DNA of 64,000 nucleotides. Source: a virus. The translations under genes were made by a program, and so were the position numbers. Shown here piece by piece: positions 1-8,700 of the stretch. Positions within the stretch are counted from its first letter, which is position 1. Each line of letters opens with the position of its first letter. Below the pieces are notes generated by a model. The model saw nothing but the letters and a program-made list of their open reading frames with translations. It had not been told where the DNA came from and searched no databases. The DNA lies in IMG/VR virus record IMGVR_UViG_3300010401_000004, positions 6,831 through 70,830 of that record, one strand, 5' to 3'.

Positions 1-428
1 ACCTGCCCGCCCTTAGCAGCGATAGCACATTGGTCAACATTCTTTCCCGGTCGCACGAGGATGTCTGGATTTGACCCAACCCACTTAGACTCTAGATTCG
101 CATAGTAATTGTGCATGATGTTCAATGCAGCTTTTTGCGAATTGGAGTTGGATATATTCGCGGTGGGAATTATTGACCACGCGCCTGAAATTGGGTTACG
201 AACCGGAAACTGGTCGCCCGCGAAAAAAAGTTCCACCTGAGTTCCAATGTTAAGGATTGATCTCCATGCAAGAGAATCTTTATTCCAATAGTATTGAAAC
301 TTCTTTTTGAGCGCGTCTGTGATTTTGCTGCTTGGGAGTTTGGCCCCGTCGCGGAGATCGATAAGGGGACGCAAAGGAGCTAAGTTTGCCGAGGGATTAT
401 TTCCAATTGATTGTTGAGGTGCCGCCAT
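1..428 (-). CDS. Portal protein, N-terminal part (runs off window)
   Basis: Hand-translated from ATG at 428: MAAPQQSIG...LFFAGDQFP...ALNIMHNYYANLESKWVGSNPDILVRPGKNVDQ. Resembles P22-like portal N-termini; lies downstream of TerL. Confidence 0.6.
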   Translation of the reverse strand, partial: MAAPQQSIGNNPSANLAPLRPLIDLRDGAKLPSSKITDALKKKFQYYWNKDSLAWRSILNIGTQVELFFAGDQFPVRNPISGAWSIIPTANISNSNSQKAALNIMHNYYANLESKWVGSNPDILVRPGKNVDQCAIAAKGGQ

Positions 429-574
429 TTATACCACAGATGAATAGTGCTTACGGCGAACAATGTAGCCGATTGGCGTTACTCCTCGATAGTAGCGTTC
501 AGTGATAGACCCGCCGTGACGCGCAAACGTCATTACGGGTCGCTTTATTTTAACATAGGGGAACGTCATTCAGA

Positions 575-2145
575 TTAAGTTTTCAGTGCTAGAAAATCCT
601 TTGTCACCTGATTCATGTCAGGCTCTTTCGCGTCCAGCCTATTTGCCCGTTCGGTGGCTATCTCTGCGTCGGGAAATATCGCCCTTAGCGTGCCAATTAA
701 CATCGGAGCAGTAAAGACGGCTTGCTCAACGTACCAATCTGTTTCTATTGGCTTATCTTCGTGTGTGAAGGTGAAGCGGAAGGCCATTACGAAAGATGCT
801 TCTCAGCAATTTCCGCGCCCGTAGCCGTAAGATTATGCCACGGAAACTGATCCAACATTCGATCCGTTACGCCTAAAATCAGCCGCGTGTAGTCAAGCGC
901 AACCTCCGGTAATCTGGCCCCAAAGGTATCTCCTGACGCCTGTACCAATTCCACAGCCTTTGTGTAGGCTTGCTCTACTTCCTCAATTCTCGTCATTTTA
1001 ATTCTCCTGTTGCAACTCAAACGGCATCGGCAATCCCCTATGATGCCGATCCAGCCAATCCAGCGCCTCTGACTCTGGTTTCCCTGCGTCTATGGCAAAC
1101 TGTTGATATGCTCCCCATAGGTCGGGATAGCCAGCCTTGAGACGTTCGTGGTAAGCCTCCTGAGTCTCTTCTGGCTGGGCTTGGGCCTCTTGCGGCAGTC
1201 TCGCGGAAATAGCGTAGTTCTTGTCCTTCGTCGCGGCGTGATCCAGTACGGCCAGATTCAGCACGTCACGCGCTTTTCGCTCACTCTCAAGCCTTCGCTC
1301 TGCTTCCGCAGCACGACGGAGCGCGGCGGATAGCTCACGCTCCAATCGGCGAAGTTCTCTCCTCGAAACGAAGAAAGGCATTTACTCTGGCACAGCTTGA
1401 ATGATCGAATCCGTGACTGTGGCGTTCGTCAGTTGAACCAAGCCCGTGACGGTTGTCAGTGACAAGACACGCGCATCCGTAAAACTGCCGTCATACGTGC
1501 CGAGCGTGATTGCCAAGTCGGTGCGGGCTTTCATCGGAACCTGATCCGCGTGGCATGTTGCGTTGTCCACGGCGGAAATAAGGCCCGCCACAGTATCGGA
1601 TGCCGCCACGCTAGAATCCGTAAGCAGGGCATACCCGCTATTAGTCGAAACATTTCCCGCGCTCAAGACGGTATCGCCAACGAGACGATTCAAAGGAATT
1701 GCGTCAGCATGAAGTCCTACAGGTGCAGCCATTAGCTTTTCTCCTTGTTAATTCTCGAAACTGCTTGCTCAAATTGAGCTAATCGAGTGTCGCCAGACTG
1801 CGGCGCACTCCCGTTAATGATTGATTGCGCGTGAGAAAGATATTTCTCTTTGTGCGTAGCAACACAGTGATCGAAATCAGGGTCGCTGATGTCCTTCACG
1901 CCATCCCACGCGAGACGTGCAATGTCCAACAGGGATAAAGGTACAGATGCTTCCGCTGCAACATCAGGGTTCTTTTGTTCCGCCGCTTGACGCGACTCGA
2001 CGTGAGCGCCGTGCACGATTACAGGCGCAGATGGCGATGGCGCGGGAGATAATGCGGGCGCACCTGTGACGGTCACTGCCGGCTTACTCGCAGCGTTCTT
2101 TACGGGCTGGGCCTCTACAGGTGCTTTAGTTGATTTATTCTTCAT
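575..2145 (-). CDS. Five small hypothetical genes between TerL and portal (575-787, 787-996, 998-1381, 1382-1732, 1732-2145)
   Basis: Abutting co-oriented ORFs; AAGGAG before ATG 2145. 1382-1732 is Ala/Thr/Val-rich (possible virion protein). Confidence 0.6.
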
Positions 2146-2292
2146 CTTGAAACTCCTTACGAAGTAATCGGCGCTCAATGTTGACGCCTCCGGTGATCGC
2201 AAAGGTTTGCTCAACTGTCTCAACATAGAGAGCCGTGTCAGTGCGTAGAAGCAAACGCATGTCGCGCGAGATTATGGTTGGGGCGAATTCGT

Positions 2293-2481
2293 TCACGGTT
2301 TCGGGAACCTCGCTTTGTGGCGGAATTTCTTTGGAGCGCTTTCCGGCAACCCCTTTGGACTTTGATGGCCCAACATCTCACTTGCTTTCGATTTTGTAAG
2401 AGAACCTTTCGACCCGATAGAGCCGTGTGCAATTCCTTGAAATAACCGAAACTGAGATTTAGACGTGGCCTTGTTCGGCAT
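2293..2481 (-). CDS. Small basic protein (DUF3008-like)
   Basis: MPNKATSKSQFRLFQGIAHG...KGLPE pattern; TTGACG-17-CAATAT just upstream. Confidence 0.5.
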   Translation of the reverse strand: MPNKATSKSQFRLFQGIAHGSIGSKGSLTKSKASEMLGHQSPKGLPESAPKKFRHKARFPKP

Positions 2482-2514
2482 CGGGTCTTATATTGCTACC
2501 AAAACCTCTGCCCG

Positions 2515-4476
2515 TCAATATGAATCTTCCTGCACCAAATTGCCTGAGTCGTCGAAAATCTGCCACGCCGCGTTTTGTTGTACCTTCTTTTTAGCTTGGG
2601 CCAACTGAAAACTTATCGACATTTCACGCTCAGGGCTGTAGTCGTCCTTCAATGTTTCAGGTCTGTACTTCTCTGGCGTCACTGCTCGGATTTCTTCTTG
2701 CTCCGTCAACGCATCAGCATCCACGCCGAAGGTGGACATCAAGCCTCTCAGGCCATCGACAAAATCATCGTCGATCTTCTTCTGTCCTGTATTTCGATGC
2801 GAGTACAGCGGCATTTCATAACGACACCGAGCTAGACCATCAGCATCTTTCGCGCCGGTAACTCGCAGCTTCCCGTTGCCGTCTAAATACAATTCCCCCT
2901 GGCCATCCGCCACCACAAAGTACATACGAGGCTTACCCATGATTGGCATCCCGGCGTGAGGATGGCCCTTTGGGTACTTTCTGAATGGATGGGGTTTTTT
3001 CTTATCCACTTCCAAGAGATTTTGTATCTGCGGTACACCTGAACCTCTTGCTGCTTTCCATTTCTTATAGAAGATTTGCAACTCTTCCGGTAAGTCAATC
3101 ATCAGCGTGTTTTGCACTGAGGACGCTTCGTGAGAGAGTTTTGACTGCTCTATCTGTCTTTCCTCAATCCTCATGTGTTGTTGAAATAACTTCGTTGCGG
3201 CCGCGACCCGTCCGGGACTCACTAACTCCGCTGGGATACTTGGGTCATAGGGAAATTTCGGTAGTACAACTTCCCCGATAACAAAGTGAGAATCATCGTG
3301 AGGGCAAGTCTTGTCAGGGCGGGTAACGAAGGCTACGGCGGAGGGATGGTCTCTGGTAGTTCCAGTATCGAAGCCTCGCCCTTTGTGCCATCTCGCCGGA
3401 ATAAAGAACCCGTTTTCATCCTGCATTTCAACATATGGAAAACCCCGCGCCATCTCAGATCGGGTAATGATATGATAAACCTCATCCCACTCTCGAAAGT
3501 CTTTATCTTCCCCAACCTTCGTAACGTCCTGCTGGGCTTCACGGTCAAATAAGTCTTTCCCAATCTGGTTTAGAACTGATTCGCAGTATTCCAACGGAAT
3601 AGCCGGATCGAACACTTCTCCTGCTGTAATTGTCCATCGTTTCCCACCGTCAGGAAGATCGACCTTCTCCGCGTCATACCATTTCATTAAAGGATACGGC
3701 CCTTTGAAGTCTCTATCTGAAAGCATGTCTGCCCGGTGATCCATTACCATTGCGCAAATCGAGTCTCTATGAATCAGGTTTTGTGCAAAAAGAATTGTGG
3801 TGTTCGCATATCCCGCAAAGATGATTTCAGATTTTAGTAGTTCCAGGTTCTTCGCAATCACGTCAGGGCTTTCACCGAGAGAGTCAATGTCATCCAGTAC
3901 GATGAGATCGAAGCGCGTATCATCCTCTGACTTAAATCCTCGATTAGAACCTTGTAAGGTGATCGGAATAATCGTCTGCCCGCCTTCGGTTAGGAGCCGA
4001 TCCTGTGACCACGAGTTGAAAGCGTTGCGATATTTCTGAACTCGTGGTTTTAAGTGCGGGTAGTCTTGAAGCAGTTGGGAGTTCTCAAGTTTGCGGCGAA
4101 TGGAATTAAAGTGTTTAGTAGCTTTGTCGTCCGTACCAGAGACATACCCAATAGACATCTTCCGCTTGCGAGCGAGTAACATAACAACCAGCGTCTCTGC
4201 GGACGTACTCTTACCCACTCCGCGCGGTTCGCACTCAACCCGCGCACGGTAGTAGGTTTCCGGCTGAATGGCCCAGCCCCAATCCCAATAGTCTTTTTGA
4301 TAACTGGTAAATGGACGTGAGAAGGGTTTCGGAAAGTATCGTTTAATCCACCCGTCCCATCCGAGAGATTCCAGCCACTTAGCTTTCATCTCTGGCGGCA
4401 TAGAGGGCCACAACTCAGCCCACACCTGCTCATGTATCACCTCCGCAAGGATAGGATCATCAAGGATGGAGGGCAT
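2515..4476 (-). CDS. terL: Terminase large subunit
   Basis: Walker A EPRGVGKST, Walker B LIVLDDID, nuclease motifs GFDTG and DDFVDGLR; 653 aa. Confidence 0.92.
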   Translation of the reverse strand: MPSILDDPILAEVIHEQVWAELWPSMPPEMKAKWLESLGWDGWIKRYFPKPFSRPFTSYQKDYWDWGWAIQPETYYRARVECEPRGVGKSTSAETLVVMLLARKRKMSIGYVSGTDDKATKHFNSIRRKLENSQLLQDYPHLKPRVQKYRNAFNSWSQDRLLTEGGQTIIPITLQGSNRGFKSEDDTRFDLIVLDDIDSLGESPDVIAKNLELLKSEIIFAGYANTTILFAQNLIHRDSICAMVMDHRADMLSDRDFKGPYPLMKWYDAEKVDLPDGGKRWTITAGEVFDPAIPLEYCESVLNQIGKDLFDREAQQDVTKVGEDKDFREWDEVYHIITRSEMARGFPYVEMQDENGFFIPARWHKGRGFDTGTTRDHPSAVAFVTRPDKTCPHDDSHFVIGEVVLPKFPYDPSIPAELVSPGRVAAATKLFQQHMRIEERQIEQSKLSHEASSVQNTLMIDLPEELQIFYKKWKAARGSGVPQIQNLLEVDKKKPHPFRKYPKGHPHAGMPIMGKPRMYFVVADGQGELYLDGNGKLRVTGAKDADGLARCRYEMPLYSHRNTGQKKIDDDFVDGLRGLMSTFGVDADALTEQEEIRAVTPEKYRPETLKDDYSPEREMSISFQLAQAKKKVQQNAAWQIFDDSGNLVQEDSY

Positions 4477-4478
4477 GA

Positions 4479-4724
4479 CTACGCTCTGCGCATGGCTCTT
4501 AGCACGGCACGTTTATTTGGTTGCCGATCATTCCAATCATGCAGATTAGTGTTTCGGGGACATTTAACCACTCGCCCTAGAGCGTTATAGGCAAGCCTGA
4601 ATCTTTCAGTGCTTACCCCTCCCGTGACAGCTTTAATTGCGTCCACGGCGCACATACCCTTCCCGCGCCGTCCCCAGCGATGACGTGACAGTAAATCCGC
4701 AGCGGTTAGGAGATCATCGTTCAT
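4479..4724 (-). CDS. DUF6197-like protein
   Basis: CAVDAI...LHDWNDRQ..RAVLRAMRRA pattern. Confidence 0.55.
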   Translation of the reverse strand: MNDDLLTAADLLSRHRWGRRGKGMCAVDAIKAVTGGVSTERFRLAYNALGRVVKCPRNTNLHDWNDRQPNKRAVLRAMRRA

Positions 4725-5002
4725 GCCGTGTCAAATCCTTTGAGCGAAACCGGACTATCATACATCTGACTTGCCCGTGGTTTGCGAGGGCGGTTGATGA
4801 ATGCTGTGCCGAGTTGTCCAATGGCGTCACCCATGCCGCCTTCCTGCGGGGGTTGGGGCGGAACCGGCATGTCCATTGGTTGAATGTTTAGCTCAGGCGG
4901 TGCGCCGAAGTTCGCGGGAGGTTGTGGAGGTGACGGAAAGTCTGCCATGCCACCTTGATAAGGCGCGAGTGAAACATCGGTTAAAGGGTTACGTCGGATC
5001 AT
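4721..5002 (-). CDS. Pro-rich small protein
   Basis: 93-aa Pro/Gln/Met-rich ORF coupled to neighbours by ATGA overlaps. Confidence 0.55.
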   Translation of the reverse strand: MIRRNPLTDVSLAPYQGGMADFPSPPQPPANFGAPPELNIQPMDMPVPPQPPQEGGMGDAIGQLGTAFINRPRKPRASQMYDSPVSLKGFDTA

Positions 5003-5202
5003 GCGCGTTTCTCCAGTCCTGCTAACACATAGCGGTAAGACTCGAATCGCTCACCTTGTGGCCCGTACACAGTCACAGGTTCTTTATTGTACGGAACGAT
5101 CATATTTTCAGGCACCTCAGGGCACATCTTGATTGGCGTGTCGAAATAAATCGCATCACCCGTTTCGTGCCGCTTGCCGCAATAGGGACATCGTTCAATC
5201 AT
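4999..5202 (-). CDS. Small putative Zn-binding protein
   Basis: CPYCGKRH...C; coupled ORF. Confidence 0.5.
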   Translation of the reverse strand: MIERCPYCGKRHETGDAIYFDTPIKMCPEVPENMIVPYNKEPVTVYGPQGERFESYRYVLAGLEKRA

Positions 5203-5513
5203 GGATTTCTCCTAATTCTACGCTTCCCGCTTCCTACCTGCATAACGATAATCGTTTGCGCGCATGACGCCACGCCATCAGGGTTAGATGCCTTCCAGAG
5301 AATTGAAGTGTGACCAAGAGGAAAGGGATTAGTCAAAGGCAAGTTGTCGCTCCGCGCTCCGATAACTGTTAGCGATCCGGAATCATCATGAGCTACGGCG
5401 GGGGTGATTATGATTGTCGCGTACCGCTGGTTCTGATCGTTGTAGCGCGTGATGTCGCCGGGGCAAACAATGATAGGTTGCGAAAGTGTAAGTAGAATGA
5501 GTAGTAGTTTCAT
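5199..5513 (-). CDS. Secreted single HYR (Ig-like) domain protein
   Basis: Hydrophobic N-terminus, then PIIVCPGDI...AHDDSG...PFPLGHTSILWKAS...SCAQTIIV, matching the HYR consensus. Confidence 0.75.
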   Translation of the reverse strand: MKLLLILLTLSQPIIVCPGDITRYNDQNQRYATIIITPAVAHDDSGSLTVIGARSDNLPLTNPFPLGHTSILWKASNPDGVASCAQTIIVMQVGSGKRRIRRNP

Positions 5514-5728
5514 TTTCCATCTTCCTGTGGTAGGTCTTCCTGTGGTAGCTCAGTCGCCCACTCTTGCTGAAACTTGTAAAGCAGTTCTTCGTATCGGCGT
5601 ACAAGATTTGCCCGATCTGGGTGTTCACTTATCGCTTGTCGAAATGCGCGGTAAGCATCACGCAGTTCAAACACCGAATTCGCCCACAGCGCTGGGGTCG
5701 ATTTTTTACTCATTGCTGATAACTCCAT
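5510..5728 (-). CDS. Hypothetical protein
   Basis: Coupled ORF. Confidence 0.45.
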   Translation of the reverse strand: MELSAMSKKSTPALWANSVFELRDAYRAFRQAISEHPDRANLVRRYEELLYKFQQEWATELPQEDLPQEDGK

Positions 5729-8700
5729 GCTCTCGGATTCGGCCTCTCTGGCCGTTGTGGACGCTCAGGGCGCTTTGGGATAGACAGACCGGGTTTGAAG
5801 CCATAGCTGATTAGTCTGTCTCTCACTTCCTTCTGTTGCTCTAGTGGTAACAAATCGACCGCAGCCGCTTTCTCACTGATAATCTTTTTCAACGCTTCCT
5901 GCTGTTCAAGCGTTGCGGTCGAGTACACAGTCAGCGCGTCTTTATGGTGTTTCGGATCGTACAAGGGTAGTCGCTTTACATCTTCTTGCAATCTCATTTG
6001 ACCACGAGACGATAATATACTCTTTTCTTTCCTATCGTTAATCACGCCTTGCGACTTTAGGGCTGCAAGCGATTTTGAAACGTCAATTCCTTTTCGTGAC
6101 TGCGCTCTCAGTTCTGATAATTGTTGGCTTTGATCTATTTCTTCCTGCGTGCGTCCCTCGTCGGGCGACATTTGATCGGCAAGGAATTTACGCGCCAACT
6201 TCTCCGCTCTCGTTACAGGCTTCTCCGGTGAAGATTGATAGGTCTGCACTCCCACACCAAATAGAGTTGGAAATGCTTCTGCGATTCCCCTAACTACCCC
6301 ATCCTGCTTAATCGCCTCTTGAAAATCTTGAAATGGAAGTGGAATGAGCGTTCTAGTTAAGTCTTTTCCGGCTTCAAACTTCTTTCCTGAAAGCCTATTC
6401 TTACCTTCCAGATAATCCCAGCCATACCCAAATCCCGGCGCGGCTTTAGACCGTGCAAAGTCCGCTGCAATCTTTCCTTTGTCTGCGCCTTCGTAAGTCT
6501 CGCCACCTTTAATTGCTCGACTCATGCGGTACATGAATCTCATTGGTTGTTGTAGTCCTGCCAGCATGTCGTAACGAGTTTCACCCGCTTTGATTTTCAG
6601 GAAATCCGCATCGTCAGGATCGAGATTTACATTAGCGCCCGCTGCTTTCGCTAACGCTAAAGTTGATGCTACGCCAAAGAGAAACTTCGCATTGTCCGCC
6701 ATCTGCAAACGTCTTGCGCCTTTGGGAGTGTTGGCCCATGAACCGGGATTGAACATCTTGTTGAGAAACTGTACCCGTGAAGCAATTAGACGCGGAGAGA
6801 ATAAAGCAACGTTCAATGCCGGTGCGGCTTGGTTTCCTTTCGTTCCCAGCGATCCCCTTCCCGTAATGATGTTGATGTACTTTGCCTGAGATTTTAAAGC
6901 ATCATCCAGGTCTTTACCTTTCAATCCCATGTCCTCTAAAGCCTTAGCCTGACTTTCAAAGATTCGCATTCGCTGAGAATCAAGGAAGGATACAAAGGTT
7001 CGTTCTGAGAAGTCTTTAACACCTTTCACGATACGGAGAGGGTTGACTTTCCCTTTTGCTAGCGTGTCTATCGCGCTTGACCCTAAATACCCTTCCTCGT
7101 GTTTCGACAACTGCGGACTGTCCTTATCAACTCCGGTAAACTCCACCCCTGCTCGCTTGGCCTGATCGAATCGCGGACTGTTTTTAATCGCATTCTCTAC
7201 GTTTGCAAATCCATGTGATGTAAACGCCTTGAGCATATCCACCCCCGCACGCCCAGAGAGAATCGGATGCTGATAGACACCGATTCCGCCTTGACGCATG
7301 ACAGCAGAGACATCAGCCATAGACAGCATCGTCTTGGGGATGTTGCCAAATCCCGCAACAGTGTCGGCTACTTTCCCTGCTGTGCTTCGATTCGCCCGAT
7401 ACATTTCACGGTCAAACTTTGCTTTGAGTTCATTGACGCCTTTTTGTAGCCGGAAAGTCTCGCGATTGTAAATCGGTGTTTGCCGTGGATTCTTGGGGGC
7501 GTAGTTTCCCGTCGCCATGCGGGATTCCAAATCGGCTTGCTGTTTCAATAGTTGAGTTTGGCGGTTCTTGTCCCAGCGGCTCAATACATCATCAGGTTGA
7601 TGAAGCGTGCCGCGAATCAGTTGAGCGATTTCATCTCTGGAAACGTCATAATGGTCTTTAACGGCACCGTAAACTTCATCCACAAGGGCTTCCGCAGAGT
7701 TAATTCCGGCTTTAACCCGATTGCGCGCCATCTTCGCAATAATTGGCGTGAGTTTGCCTTCCGGATCGATAGCCGCGAGCAGAGAAGGCTGCACGCCGGA
7801 GCGAGTTTCTAGTTTTGCTTGCGCTAATTGTGCTTTCAGCGAGGCGAATTCATCGTCTAATACTGCTTTCGTCTCTCCCCGGCGTGTTTGACGTTGAATT
7901 CTCCCGATCTGCTTCTGAATCTGCGCGGATTTTGCTCTGTCGTTTGCTTCTGTGAGTTGCTGCTCAAGGTCGGTAATCTTCTGGGCTTGTTGCTCGTATC
8001 GGGAGCGCTCATCAGGGGTCAAATCTCGCCCCTTTGCCGCCTTTGCCCTTTGTACTAACGAGACGAGATCGTAATCCTGGTTAATGGTAAGTTTCTGTGC
8101 CGCGAGAGTGCGGCCTTTTTCCGTTCCGCTAGCCTTCGTCGCTCGCGTGATGCGGTCAAATTCCCTCTCTAGCGCATCTGCTTGAGATCGTTTCGCTTGG
8201 ATCGTCTCAGCATCAGTCGCGTCACCAATTGCTTTCATTACCTGAGAGTGCTCATTCTTGATTTCCTGCGCTCGCACAACCAAAGAAGCCGTTTCCTCAT
8301 CATTCAGTGAGCGGGGTTTGTTAAGCACTTCATCTGCGAGCAGTCCCGCGCGTTCCGGTTTCGCAGCGGCTAATGATTGCTGCCATCCTTTGCGCTCAGC
8401 TTTCGGGAGTTCAGGCAGGTCTAGGGCTTCACGGTCTGCGCCCATTGAGGCTTTCTTCGCTGCCGTCGTGGCCGGTTCCGGGGTGAAGTAAGGGTCAGGG
8501 GGTATCACAGGAGTAGCCGTCACTCCCTCAGCCGCACCTGCCTCTGTGGGTTTAGGCTCTAGTTGAGGGGAGGTGGCGCGCAAAAGATTCTCCGGCACCC
8601 TCGCGCCTTGAGCCTGAGCACGCGCAATCACATCTTCAGGGTTGTGTTTAGCAGATACAGGGCGCTCGATAAGTGAAATCGCGTCCGTGATCGCGCCATC

